From the NCBI GenBank assembly GCA_040768125.1, contig JAXGNG010000002.1, forward strand, positions 359,291-423,290: 64,000 nt of DNA. The letters run 5' to 3'. The stretch is from Spirochaetota bacterium. Its GTDB lineage: Bacteria; Spirochaetota; UBA4802; UBA5550. Position 1 is the first letter of the stretch, and each line of letters opens with the position of its first letter. Positions 28,213 through 38,432 of the stretch are shown piece after piece. The notes under the pieces were generated by a model that worked only from the letters and a program-made list of their open reading frames with translations, did not search any database and was not told the DNA's origin. A program made the position numbers and the translations under genes.

Positions 28213-30078
28213 TTACTTTCTCGATTTAACTTTTTTCATCATCTGGGATTTTTTCTGGGTATACAGGGACATCAGGTATTTTTCAATGTTGAGCAGCGCC
28301 TGCGGGGTCATTTTTTCATCCTTTATCTTTTCACCCGCAAGGGAATCGATGAATTCGCGGATGAGCTCCGGGGACTGGACCAGATCAGTATCGACCATAA
28401 GGTATTCGATGTCCGGGATCAGGTAAAGCTGGCTCCGGTTTGGGTAGAGCACTTTCCGCGCATTGTAAATCGGGATCACGATTTTCAGGTTGAGCTTCCT
28501 GACATCCTGGATTATCGTTTCTATCCGGTCCTCGTTGGCGGGAAGGAGGTCAATGTGGTTCGAAAGGGGGATTATTTTCTGGCCGCTGTTTCTGATTTTA
28601 TTGAGTATGTTTTTTGCCTCTCCGGTCGCCATGGGACGATAGGCCTCATGGTCATGGCCCTGCTGCCGGGTGGTTCCCGCGTGTGAATCTTCCTTCCTCG
28701 ACGAGAAAATAGACCTGAAGAAATCGGTAATCGATTCAAATATCGATTTGTTTTTTTTCACCTCGCGCTCATCGCGCTCCACCGCCGCCCCGAGGGCAAG
28801 GCTGTTCTGGTAATTGTCGTACTCATCGATCATGCGTCGCATTCGGTTGATCGACTCAACGTTGCCGATGAAGGCCTTCGCCCGCTCCTCGGAGCCCATG
28901 AGATTCCTTCCCGCGTTGAAGAGTATGCCGGTCTCGTCCAGGATCCTTTCCTTTTCCGTTTGGGTCGCGCCGGCGAGGGCGTCCGGACCCGAAACGACAA
29001 GGGCGTGGAGTTCCTCCATGCGCGAAAGAAGCCGGTCGCCGTCGATGAGGTAATGCACCCCGTCTTCATCCCTGAAGAGGGCGATCCTGTGCTGGGGTCC
29101 CTGCGCGCCGGCCCATTCGATGACGGACTGCTCGGTGAGCCCGTTGAAAAGCGATGTGATCGCCGAGACGGAACAGAACCGGCTTTCCCTCACGTGCGCG
29201 GCGATATCGGCGCCTGCGGTGACGATTGGATCGATCAGGGTTTCCACCTTGAGAAGGCAGGAGCGCAGGGAGTTGAAATTCTTGACCTCGGTCTGCTCCG
29301 CGTTGGAAAGAGAGGGGAATATATCCTGCAGAAGAACACTCAGTATGTAGTCCAGTTTCGTATCGCGGTAGTCGCTGAATTCGGCATTGAGAATCCCGAA
29401 ATTTTTCAGGCGCCGGAGGACGGGGGCGGTGTGGTGCGCGATCACCTTGTTGAGGCGCTCCATGGTGAGGGCGTCCTTGACCGACTCGTAGTTGTCCCTG
29501 TGGAAGCAGAAATCCTCGGCAGTTTCAACGCCCTGACGGTCGATTGAATAATGCTTGTAGGTGAACACTCCGGTATTGAGCTCGCCCTTGATGGCCTGCG
29601 TGAGGAGGGCGCGTTCACCGGTTTTTCTCAAAAGCTTGGTGAGATTGAAAAGCCTGAACTGGGATATGAGCTCGAGAAAATTACGGGCCGATACGCGGTT
29701 GCGCTCGTTCTGTATCCGGTTGAATTCATCGTGGCTAAGCAGTATCGAGAATTCCCTGTTTTCCGCTATCGAAAGCTTTTTGGATTCCGGTTCGACGGCA
29801 AACGAGAACGAGACAATGCTTTTAACCTCGCCGGGATAGGTTTTCGTGAGAATTGTCATGTGATTGACGATCATCTTGTTGCGGGCGATGGTGAAGGGAA
29901 TCTTTATGTTTCGCGACGTCTTCAGATCCTCCATCGTCGCGAGGCGTCCCAGACCCGTTGTGAGATAATTGGTCTGGAATGCCATGATCTCGTTGAGGAC
30001 CTCAAAGATATGCGGCTCGCGCGCGATGTGCGAGTGAAGGAAGGGGAATCTTTTGTCCTGTACGTTTTCTTTCGGCAT
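28213..30078 (-). CDS. large (621 aa) hypothetical cytoplasmic protein with no recognisable domain
   Basis: Long ORF with coding-like composition but visibly lower GC than its neighbours. Start set at MPKENVQ (30078). Confidence 0.55.
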   Translation of the reverse strand: MPKENVQDKRFPFLHSHIAREPHIFEVLNEIMAFQTNYLTTGLGRLATMEDLKTSRNIKIPFTIARNKMIVNHMTILTKTYPGEVKSIVSFSFAVEPESKKLSIAENREFSILLSHDEFNRIQNERNRVSARNFLELISQFRLFNLTKLLRKTGERALLTQAIKGELNTGVFTYKHYSIDRQGVETAEDFCFHRDNYESVKDALTMERLNKVIAHHTAPVLRRLKNFGILNAEFSDYRDTKLDYILSVLLQDIFPSLSNAEQTEVKNFNSLRSCLLKVETLIDPIVTAGADIAAHVRESRFCSVSAITSLFNGLTEQSVIEWAGAQGPQHRIALFRDEDGVHYLIDGDRLLSRMEELHALVVSGPDALAGATQTEKERILDETGILFNAGRNLMGSEERAKAFIGNVESINRMRRMIDEYDNYQNSLALGAAVERDEREVKKNKSIFESITDFFRSIFSSRKEDSHAGTTRQQGHDHEAYRPMATGEAKNILNKIRNSGQKIIPLSNHIDLLPANEDRIETIIQDVRKLNLKIVIPIYNARKVLYPNRSQLYLIPDIEYLMVDTDLVQSPELIREFIDSLAGEKIKDEKMTPQALLNIEKYLMSLYTQKKSQMMKKVKSRK

Positions 30079-30230
30079 GATCGTTTGACATGAAAGAGGC
30101 CGTTTCACGGCCATTTTTTCGGCGCGCGACGACGCGGTGCCGATTCGCCCACAAGGATGAAATCCCCGCAGGGAGCCCTTGTCGCGACGGTATCAATGAT
30201 TGGAAATCAAAGGGGCTTTTGTCAATACTT

Positions 30231-31013
30231 TTAACGCTCCCCCGGACCGTGGATCATCGGAACAAAACGGACGTAGGTGACGGTTTTCCTCGTCACATTG
30301 CCGTTTCGTTTTGTGAGGGTCACCAGTTCCTGGGCGTAATCCCCCACGGGAGCGACCAGTATGCCTCCCCCTGCGAGCTGGTCGATGAGACTCTGGGGGA
30401 TCGAAGGCGGCGCGGCGGTGAGAATTATCACGTCGAAGGGCGCCTCATCGGGCCAGCCCCCGTATCCATCGCCGATGCGCACCTGGACGTTGTCATAGCC
30501 AAGTTCTTTCAGCTTCAACCGCGCGCTTTTACCCAGGGGCTCGACGATCTCTATGCTGAATACCGATTTCGCGAGAAGGGAAAGGATAGCGGCCTGGTAA
30601 CCGGAGCCCGTGCCGATTTCGAGGATTTTCTCGTCCCCCTGGAGATCACAGAGCTCGGTCATGAGGGCCACGATATAGGGCTGGGAAATGGTCTGCCCGT
30701 GGCCTATGGGCAGGGGGTGATCCTCGTAGGCGCTTGCGTGATGGTGACCCGGCACGAATTTATGGCGTTCTACCTCCCGCATGGCCCTGAGCACGCCCTC
30801 GTCCCTGACGCCGCGGTCTTCTATCTGGGTTTTCACCATGCGCTCGCGAAGCTGTTCCATCGATGTCTCTCCTCCGCCGCGACCGCATGACGGCACGGTT
30901 GCGGCAATGATGCAGTAAAGCAATGGGGCGAGGACGCCCTGAAGCGCATGCCCGCGCCGGGCCGATAGTCCGCGGTTCCCGATGATGTGTATCTGATTGG
31001 TTATAGTCGTCAT
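30231..31013 (-). CDS. pcm: protein-L-isoaspartate O-methyltransferase, possibly with an N-terminal signal or lipoprotein leader
   Basis: PIMT motifs LEIGTGSGYQAAILS, TISQPYIVALM and DVIILTAAPP. Confidence 0.8.
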   Translation of the reverse strand: MTTITNQIHIIGNRGLSARRGHALQGVLAPLLYCIIAATVPSCGRGGGETSMEQLRERMVKTQIEDRGVRDEGVLRAMREVERHKFVPGHHHASAYEDHPLPIGHGQTISQPYIVALMTELCDLQGDEKILEIGTGSGYQAAILSLLAKSVFSIEIVEPLGKSARLKLKELGYDNVQVRIGDGYGGWPDEAPFDVIILTAAPPSIPQSLIDQLAGGGILVAPVGDYAQELVTLTKRNGNVTRKTVTYVRFVPMIHGPGER

Positions 31014-31124
31014 GGCGCCGGTCCCGCCTGGAATCCTTCCCATGGTCACGCCATACGCGCGGGAAAAATTATCTTGAAATAATCCGCCTTTCCTGCATGT
31101 CATGGTAGCGTGCGTGGAGAGCAC

Positions 31125-31220
31125 AATGAACGGGAAATGCTACCGTCTCCCATCGATAAAGTGGCACCGATGAAAGGTTGCATGACCGGGATAGTAGGAA
31201 ATGTATCGAATGAACGGGAA
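31125..31220. repeat. direct repeat AATGAACGGGAA (12/12) at 31125–31136 and 31209–31220
   Basis: Exact 12-mer repeated 84 bp apart in the pcm/GerMN divergent intergenic region. Confidence 0.4.
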
Positions 31221-31331
31221 TATTTCAAGAAATTATTTTTCAGGATTACTCGTCCCTGAGCCCGGTTCCATTGCAGCGACGGCGAGTTTCAGGGCCGTGT
31301 CCTCACGATTCAGCGAGATGGCCGGACCTGC

Positions 31332-32138
31332 ATGGTCCAACGCGCCATGGGGAGCATGGTGATGGCCACGAAGAAGACGGCATCGGCGAAAAAAACAACG
31401 ACCAAGAAAAAAACCGCGTCGAAGGGTCCCGCGCGATCCCGCGCTGCCGCCAGGCCTGCCGCGCCCGCCGCCGCGCCTGCCGGGCGCAGCGGCGTTCCCC
31501 TTGCGGTCCTGGCGATCATGGCGCTGCTGGCCGTCATCGCCCTTATGATCAATAACCTTTATCTCGGAAAAGGCGGGGACCCCGGTGCGGCTTCCGGGGG
31601 AAAAGAGACACGCGTCGTCGCCCCGCGGGCCGATGAACCGGATGAGAAGGAGTCACCGAAAAGGGAAGCGCCTGAATCGAAACAGGTTTCCCGTGAATCG
31701 GGCGGCCCATCGCCCGCCACCGTTTTCGAGGCGGCGAAAATCTATTTCGTGCGTCATGACGAGCGTGACGACGGCCTGCGACTGGTGCCCGTAACGAGAA
31801 AGGTGGCCCGGGAAAAACGTCTGGACCAGGCCCTGCGTGAATTGGTCAGGGGCCCCACGGCGGCTGAAAAGAAGCGGGGCCTCCTTACGGCGGTCCCTCC
31901 CGATCTACGGGTGAGGAGCGTGAAGGTAAGCAATCGCGTCGCCGAGGTCGACTTTAACGGCGTCATCGAGGAGGGCGCAGCCGGCAGCATCCTTATCAAC
32001 AGGGTGGACCAGATCATCTATACCCTTACCGAGTTCCCCGATGTTGACGCCGTTCTCATAAAGGTCAACGGAAGTCGGAGGAATACCCTCGGGGCGGACG
32101 GCCTTTCCATCGGGGCGCCCCGCACGCGGAGCAGGTGA
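31332..32138 (+). CDS. GerMN-domain protein with a basic low-complexity N-terminus and a TM segment
   Basis: GerM-like blocks IYFVRHDERDDGLRLVPVTRKV, LRELVRGPTAAEKKRGLLTAVP, AEVDFNG and YTLTEFPDVDAVLIKVNG. Start uncertain (several ATGs). Confidence 0.65.
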   Translation: MVQRAMGSMVMATKKTASAKKTTTKKKTASKGPARSRAAARPAAPAAAPAGRSGVPLAVLAIMALLAVIALMINNLYLGKGGDPGAASGGKETRVVAPRADEPDEKESPKREAPESKQVSRESGGPSPATVFEAAKIYFVRHDERDDGLRLVPVTRKVAREKRLDQALRELVRGPTAAEKKRGLLTAVPPDLRVRSVKVSNRVAEVDFNGVIEEGAAGSILINRVDQIIYTLTEFPDVDAVLIKVNGSRRNTLGADGLSIGAPRTRSR

Positions 32139-32680
32139 TGGCGCCCCTGGAGATCGAGGTAAAGGCCTATTGCGATGATCTCCCGGCCGTGGCGGAGAGG
32201 CTCGCAGGGCTGGGGGCCCGTTCCCTCGGATCGATACGCGAGCGTGACCTCTATCTCAATCATCCCTCCAGGGACTTCGGGGCCACCGATGAGGCCCTGC
32301 GCCTTCGCCGAGCGGGGGATTCAATCATCATGACCTACAAGGGCCCGAAAATGGGGCTGGCCGCGAAGACCAGGCGCGAGATCGAGGTCTCCGTCGGTGA
32401 TTTTGAGGCGGTGCTTCTCATGCTGGAGACACTCGGGTTTTCGAGGGTCGGGACGGTGGTCAAGGATCGTGATCGGTTCCTTCTCGAGGGAATCGAGATA
32501 AGCCTTGACCGGGTTGAGGACCTGGGGGACTTCGTGGAGCTTGAAAAAAAGGGAGCGAACCGTCAGTCCGCCGAGGATGAGCTTTTCCGCATGGCTGAAC
32601 GGCTCGGTCTTGAATCCTTCGAGAGACGATCGTATCTCGAGCTGATACTGCGGGGGGGAGACGGCGGCGTCGGGGCGTGA
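32135..32680 (+). CDS. CYTH-domain protein (class IV adenylate cyclase / triphosphatase-like)
   Basis: N-terminal EIEVKA motif and CYTH-like size (181 aa); ATGA overlap with the upstream gene. Confidence 0.65.
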   Translation: MMAPLEIEVKAYCDDLPAVAERLAGLGARSLGSIRERDLYLNHPSRDFGATDEALRLRRAGDSIIMTYKGPKMGLAAKTRREIEVSVGDFEAVLLMLETLGFSRVGTVVKDRDRFLLEGIEISLDRVEDLGDFVELEKKGANRQSAEDELFRMAERLGLESFERRSYLELILRGGDGGVGA

Positions 32681-32711
32681 CCGGTTCCGGTGCGGCGATG
32701 GAAGCAGAACG

Positions 32712-33806
32712 ATGGCAGGATTCTGGAAAGGAAAACGACGGCGCGAGGAGACCCTGAGGTTCTCCGCGCTCGAGGAACGGAACCGGAAGCTTCGCACGCT
32801 GATCGAAATCAACACCTACATCGCCAATTCCCTTGAAAAAGAGGAGGTGCTGAAGCGGATACTTAACCGCACGAAGGCCCTTCTCGTGTGCGAGTCGAGC
32901 AGCATCCTCCTGGTCGACCGGGAATTGCGGCGCCTCAGCTTCGCGGTCCTGAGCGAGGACAAGGAGGGTGAAGTGCTCAAGGACACGAGCCTCAGGATGG
33001 GGGAGGGGATAGCCGGGACGGTCTGGCAGAGCGGGATCCCGATCATCATCAACGACGCCCAGGGCGATCCCCGGTTCTCGAACCGTGCGGACATCATGGC
33101 GCGCACCGTCACCCGCACCATCATCGCCGTCCCCCTGACGGTGAACGGCGAGATCATCGGCGTCATCGAGGGAATCAACAAGATCGAAGGCGTCTTCGAT
33201 GACTTTGATCTCGAGATACTCCAGTTCGTTTCAACGCAGTCCGCCATCGCGATCAATAACGCCGACCTGTACAATTCGGCGATTCGCGATGGCATGACGG
33301 GACTCTACATCGCAAAGTATTTCAGGGAGCGATTCATCGAGGAATGGAACCGGTCGATACGCAACGGACACGATCTCTCCCTCGTTATGTTCGACATCGA
33401 CCATTTCAAGGTCATCAACGACACCTACGGACATCAGGCAGGGGACTGGGTCATAAAGGAGGTCGCGAGGGTCCTTATCGACGGATGCCGCTCCATCGAC
33501 ATCGCCGGGAGATTCGGCGGTGAGGAATTCGCGGTGTTTCTCCCCGAGACGAGGGCCGGCGCGGCGGTGGCCTTTGCAGAAAGAATTCGCTCAACCATTG
33601 AAGGGATGAGGATAGAATGCCAGGAGGGCACCATCCGGGTGAGCGTGTCGTGCGGGGTCGCCTCCCTGAGGGAAAGCCGTGCGGGAAATTCCGCCGATCT
33701 CATCGACGGCGCGGACTCGGCGCTCTACGCGTCGAAGGAGAAGGGCAGGAACAGGGTTTCCCTCCACAGCGGTCGGGATAAAGCGGGCCGGAAGGGGGCT
33801 ACCTGA
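32712..33806 (+). CDS. GAF-domain diguanylate cyclase (GGDEF)
   Basis: GAF region (ESSSILLVD...GIAGTV) and a GGDEF domain with an intact RFGGEEF active site. Confidence 0.85.
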   Translation: MAGFWKGKRRREETLRFSALEERNRKLRTLIEINTYIANSLEKEEVLKRILNRTKALLVCESSSILLVDRELRRLSFAVLSEDKEGEVLKDTSLRMGEGIAGTVWQSGIPIIINDAQGDPRFSNRADIMARTVTRTIIAVPLTVNGEIIGVIEGINKIEGVFDDFDLEILQFVSTQSAIAINNADLYNSAIRDGMTGLYIAKYFRERFIEEWNRSIRNGHDLSLVMFDIDHFKVINDTYGHQAGDWVIKEVARVLIDGCRSIDIAGRFGGEEFAVFLPETRAGAAVAFAERIRSTIEGMRIECQEGTIRVSVSCGVASLRESRAGNSADLIDGADSALYASKEKGRNRVSLHSGRDKAGRKGAT

Positions 33807-36195
33807 GCTGGAAGCCCCGGCCGGCGAGGGCCTCCACCGTGCGTTTCTGAAGCGATCCGATCTCTTCCGGCGAGAGGGTCTTCTCCCTGGACGCGAAGAT
33901 GGCGCGAAGTGAAACGGATTTTTTTCCTTCCGGTATGGGGGCCCCGTCGTACACCGACACCACATCGACGCGTCTTACCAGGGAGGGGTCCACCCCCTCG
34001 ACGATGGCGCATATGTCGCGGCCGTGGGCGTCCCGATGGGCAAGCACGCTCACTTCGAAAGGGACTTCCGGGTATTTCTGGATTTCGATGAAGGCGGCGT
34101 CCCGGGTCCCGGCGGCGCGTATAAGGTCAAGGTCGATATCGAAGAGCGCCGCGGCTCCGATGATATCGAATGCTTCCAGGGTATCCGGATGAAGCTCGAA
34201 GATTTCACCCGCCTTCTCTGTTCCCACCATGAGGGCGATTGACCGTCCCGGATGGGCGTAGGGGGGGAGGCTTTCCGGAGAGGGCCTGAAGGCCCAGCCG
34301 GGAACCCTCAATCGTTCCATGAGGGCCGACACGATCGACCTGGCATCGTAGAAAAGGGGGTATTCAGGTTTTTTTCCGAAGAAGGCTCCCGTCACCATCG
34401 TGCGTTCCCGCGCGAGGTCAGGCGAAGTCCTCTTGTCTTTAAGGTAGACGCGTCCCAGCTCGTAAATGCGGAACTCCTCGTGGAACCGCACGTTATGCTC
34501 TATGTTTTGAACGATATTCGGCACCAGGCTCCGGCGAAGGCGGTCCTGCTCCCGTGAGAGGGGATTGCTCAGGCGGAGTTCCGCGTCATTGTTGATTTTC
34601 AGCCTGTCCAGGACCGTCTCGCCGGTAAACGAGTATCCGCTGACCTCTATCATGCCGCCGTGCCCCGACAGGGTCTCCTTTACCTTTCGCTCGAACAGCC
34701 GGGGGTAGTTTTTCGCCGGGGCTGCGCAGGGGACCATGGGGGGTGATGACGCGATGTTGTCGTACCCGTAGATCCTTCCCACCTCCTCGACGATATCTTC
34801 GGCAATCGATACGTCTCTCGTCGCGCGGTACTGCGGAACCGTGATCGAGAGGGATTTCCCTCTGGTCGAAACGGAGAAATCGAGCGATTCCAGAATCGAA
34901 AGAATGCGTTCGTCGTCGATCGCATCACCCAGGCGACGCCGGATAAAGTCCGTGTCGGTTTTGATAACGATGGGTTCCGCGGGACGGGGATATGCGTCGA
35001 TGATGCCTGAACGGGCCGCGGCGCCGGGTATGATGCGGCATATGAGATCGTAACAGCGGAGAAGGGCGGGGATCGTCAGGCCCGGCGAAAGGGATTTCTC
35101 GAACCGTATGGCCGCCTCGGTGCGGTGGCTGTAGCGCGCCGCGGTTTTTCGGATGTTGACGGGGTTAAAATTCGCCGCCTCGAGGACGATGTCCGTGGTG
35201 GTGTCGTCGATCTCGCTGTTTCCGCCTCCCATGACGCCCGCCAGGGCGATGGGGCCTCCGGAGTCGGCGATGACGATGTCCTCCGGGTTGAGCTCGAAGG
35301 ACGAGCCGTCAAGGGTCGTCAAAGGCTCTCCCCGCTGCGCCATCCTGACGATGATTTCATCGCCTCTCAGTTTTTTCCTGTCAAAGGCGTGCATCGGCTC
35401 GCCCAGTTCCGCCATCACGTAGTTCGTGATGTCGACGATGTTGTTGATCGGCCTCATGCCGATCGATTCCACCATCGCCTTGAGCCAGTCGGGTGATTCC
35501 GCGATCTCGATACCCGACATCTCAAGGGCGCTGTAGCGGGGCGCCGCCTCGGGAGAGAGGATGCGAACCTTCAGGCCCGTGGAGGATTTCACGTTATCAA
35601 GAATTCCGGGGTCGACGACGCTTCGGAAGGGCCTTCCGTAGAGAGCGCCGATTTCGCGGGCGAATCCCTCGTGACTCCAGAGATCGGGACGATGCGTGAT
35701 CGACTTGTTGTCGATCTCGAAGCGCACATCGGCCCGGTGGGGATACATGCGGGCCAGGGAAGTGCCCGGAGCGGTGTCTCCGGGAAGGATCATGATGCCG
35801 GAATGGTCGTCGGAAAGGCCCAGTTCCCGTTCCGAGCAGAGCATTCCCTCGGACCGCTCGCCGCGGATCTTTGTTTTCTGAATCACCATGTCCTCGCCGA
35901 AGCGGGTACCGGGGAGCGCCAGGGGAACGATGTCGCCCTCGGCTATGTTCGTCGCGCCGCAGACCACGCGGTGCTTCCGGTCACCGGAATCGAGGTCCAC
36001 GAGGGTCAGTTTGTCCGCACCCGGGTGCGGCACGACGGAGAGAATCCGCGCGGCGATGATTGATTCAAAGTGCGCGTTGATGCGTTCAATCGAATCGATT
36101 TCAGCCGTGGCCATGGTGAGCCGAAGGGCAAGATCCTCGGGGTCAATGCCGGCGGTGTCCACCATCTGCGAAAGTATGTTCAGGGAAAGCCACAT
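33799..36195 (-). CDS. pheT: phenylalanine--tRNA ligase beta subunit
   Basis: 798 aa; tRNA-binding, B3/B4, B5 and FDX-ACB domain order; immediately downstream of pheS. Confidence 0.9.
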   Translation of the reverse strand: MWLSLNILSQMVDTAGIDPEDLALRLTMATAEIDSIERINAHFESIIAARILSVVPHPGADKLTLVDLDSGDRKHRVVCGATNIAEGDIVPLALPGTRFGEDMVIQKTKIRGERSEGMLCSERELGLSDDHSGIMILPGDTAPGTSLARMYPHRADVRFEIDNKSITHRPDLWSHEGFAREIGALYGRPFRSVVDPGILDNVKSSTGLKVRILSPEAAPRYSALEMSGIEIAESPDWLKAMVESIGMRPINNIVDITNYVMAELGEPMHAFDRKKLRGDEIIVRMAQRGEPLTTLDGSSFELNPEDIVIADSGGPIALAGVMGGGNSEIDDTTTDIVLEAANFNPVNIRKTAARYSHRTEAAIRFEKSLSPGLTIPALLRCYDLICRIIPGAAARSGIIDAYPRPAEPIVIKTDTDFIRRRLGDAIDDERILSILESLDFSVSTRGKSLSITVPQYRATRDVSIAEDIVEEVGRIYGYDNIASSPPMVPCAAPAKNYPRLFERKVKETLSGHGGMIEVSGYSFTGETVLDRLKINNDAELRLSNPLSREQDRLRRSLVPNIVQNIEHNVRFHEEFRIYELGRVYLKDKRTSPDLARERTMVTGAFFGKKPEYPLFYDARSIVSALMERLRVPGWAFRPSPESLPPYAHPGRSIALMVGTEKAGEIFELHPDTLEAFDIIGAAALFDIDLDLIRAAGTRDAAFIEIQKYPEVPFEVSVLAHRDAHGRDICAIVEGVDPSLVRRVDVVSVYDGAPIPEGKKSVSLRAIFASREKTLSPEEIGSLQKRTVEALAGRGFQLR

Positions 36196-36210
36196 TGAGG
36201 AACTCCATGG

Positions 36211-37269
36211 TCAGAATTGCGTCAGGAAGCGTATGTCGCCGCTTAAAAAATGGCGGATATCGTTGATGCCGTACTTCATCATTACAAGGCGGTTCAGGCC
36301 GAGACCGAAGGCGAAGCCGGACCATTCGGCGGGGTCTACGCCGCCCATGCGGAGGACGTTCGGATGGACGAGGCCGCAGGGGAGAAGCTCCACCCATCCC
36401 GACTGCTTGCAGACGCTGCACCCCGTGCCGTTGCATATGAGGCAATTGATGTCCAGCTCGAAACCGGGCTCGACGAAGGGAAAGTATCCGGGCCTGAGAC
36501 GCACCGTTACCTCGCGATGGAATATCTCCCTGAGGAGCTGTTTCATGACGAATATAAGGTTGGCCACGGTAATGGTCCGGTCGACCATCATACCCTCCAC
36601 CTGGTAGAAGGTGTTTTCGTGGGATGCGTCGGTGCTCTCGTAGCGGAACACCCTACCGGGACCGACGATCCTGAAGGGAGGTGTTACCCTTTCCATGGCG
36701 CGGACCTGGATCGCGGAAGTATGGGTCCGTAAAAGGTTTCCGTCCTCGGTCCAGAAGGTGTCCTGCATGTCACGGGCGGGATGGTGCGGGGGAATGTTGA
36801 GCGCCTCGAAGTTGTAGTGGTCCGTCTCGACCTCGGGGCCGTCATGGATTTCGAATCCCATGGAGGTGAGGATGTCCTCGATTTCATACTGGATCTGTGA
36901 GATGGGATGGAGCCTTCCGTAGATCGGGGGGCGGGTTTCCCCCGGCAGGTCAAGGGTCACGTCTATGCGTTCGCGCCGAATCATCTCGTCGGAAAACGAC
37001 TCGGTGATGGCGCGGGTGCGTGCGACGATCGCCTGTTCGATTTCATCCCGGTACTCGTTTGAGAGCTTGCCGATGAGGGCCCTGCGGGAGGGATCAAGCT
37101 CACCGAGGGAGCGGAGGATCCGGGTGAGTTCGCCCTTCCTTCCCAGGAATCGTATCCGGACCTCTTCGAGGTCGGACGCCCGGGCGGCGTCCCTGATCGC
37201 CGCGAGGGCGTCACCGCGTATGGTGGCGAGTTGGTTTTCCATGTCGTAGCCGGAATCCTGTTTGTTCAC
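36211..37269 (-). CDS. pheS: phenylalanine--tRNA ligase alpha subunit
   Basis: Class II aaRS motifs (FRYESTDASHENTFYQVEGM, GFAFGLGLNRLVM). Confidence 0.9.
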   Translation of the reverse strand: MNKQDSGYDMENQLATIRGDALAAIRDAARASDLEEVRIRFLGRKGELTRILRSLGELDPSRRALIGKLSNEYRDEIEQAIVARTRAITESFSDEMIRRERIDVTLDLPGETRPPIYGRLHPISQIQYEIEDILTSMGFEIHDGPEVETDHYNFEALNIPPHHPARDMQDTFWTEDGNLLRTHTSAIQVRAMERVTPPFRIVGPGRVFRYESTDASHENTFYQVEGMMVDRTITVANLIFVMKQLLREIFHREVTVRLRPGYFPFVEPGFELDINCLICNGTGCSVCKQSGWVELLPCGLVHPNVLRMGGVDPAEWSGFAFGLGLNRLVMMKYGINDIRHFLSGDIRFLTQF

Positions 37270-37311
37270 GACCAGTACGGCGCCGGAGTGGTAAATGTCA
37301 AGGAAAATGTG

Positions 37312-38259
37312 TCATCGGTTCATGGAATCTATGGCGATTTTCACCGCGCCGAATGAAGGGAGCTTGCCCGGATCCTGCACGGGTATGAGCTGGTACCTGT
37401 CCTTGAATCCCTTGAGCACGCGGTCATTCACGGTCTGTCGTATCACGGGGAAGATCAGCTTGTGGGCGTGTGATACCCCTCCGCCGATGAGGATCGCTTC
37501 GGGGTTGAAGATCGAGACGAGGTTAGCGATGCCGATGCCGACGTATTTCGCGTACTCATCGAGGATGGCAAGGGCCGCCTCGTCGCGGTTCAGCGCCTCT
37601 TCGTGCACAAGCGCCGCCGTGAGTTCTTCATGCTTCGCCCGTTTCGCGAGGGAAGAGCTCCTGTGCTTTTTCAGGTGCTGCCTGGCGAGCTCGACCAGGG
37701 CGGTTGCCGAGGCATAGCGCTCCCAGCAGCCGCGGTTCCCGCAGGGACATTCCCTTCCCTCATGTTCGATGGTCATGTGGCCGACCTCCATCGCGTTGCC
37801 CGCCTGTCCGGCATAGACCTTGCCGTCCACGATGAGGCCCCCGCCGACCCCCGTTCCCAGGGTAATCATGATCCAGTTCCTGTACTTGCCGACGTTCTCC
37901 TTCCACCACGCGCCGATAAGCGCGACGGTGGCGTCGTTCTCAAGAAAAACCTTCGCGCCGGTCAGTGACTCGATGTTTTTAACGATGGGGTGGTTTCGGA
38001 ACGAGGGAATGTTCGGCGCGCTCAGTATGAGTCCCCGCTCCCTGTCTATCGGCCCGGGGCATCCGATGCCGATCGCCTTAATGTCGATTTTGGATACCGA
38101 TGCCGATGTGGCGAGGTTCTCGATAAGGGTGGCGATGCTGGTGTCGATTGTTTCAGCTGATTTCGCCGTATCGATCCTCCGGAAGCTGAGCTCTTTCCCT
38201 GAAGGATCGGTAAGGATTCCCTTTATGGTGGTGCCCCCGATATCAATGCCCGCAAACAT
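37312..38259 (-). CDS. ROK-family glucokinase
   Basis: MFAGIDIGGTTIKG N-terminus and ROK zinc motif CPCGNRGCWE. Confidence 0.8.
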   Translation of the reverse strand: MFAGIDIGGTTIKGILTDPSGKELSFRRIDTAKSAETIDTSIATLIENLATSASVSKIDIKAIGIGCPGPIDRERGLILSAPNIPSFRNHPIVKNIESLTGAKVFLENDATVALIGAWWKENVGKYRNWIMITLGTGVGGGLIVDGKVYAGQAGNAMEVGHMTIEHEGRECPCGNRGCWERYASATALVELARQHLKKHRSSSLAKRAKHEELTAALVHEEALNRDEAALAILDEYAKYVGIGIANLVSIFNPEAILIGGGVSHAHKLIFPVIRQTVNDRVLKGFKDRYQLIPVQDPGKLPSFGAVKIAIDSMNR

Positions 38260-38432
38260 GTTGCATTCTCCAGATTCGTAATGCCGTTCCGGCTCAGGTG
38301 GATGCCGCCGGGAAGGTTATTGTATCAATTCCAAAAATTAGACGCTGTTTAGTAAAGTATTTTTTTCCAATAGCAGAATGAGGCACTGAAAAAGGTACCC
38401 GGTTCGATTCACCCCGGCACTAGAGCTCAAAG

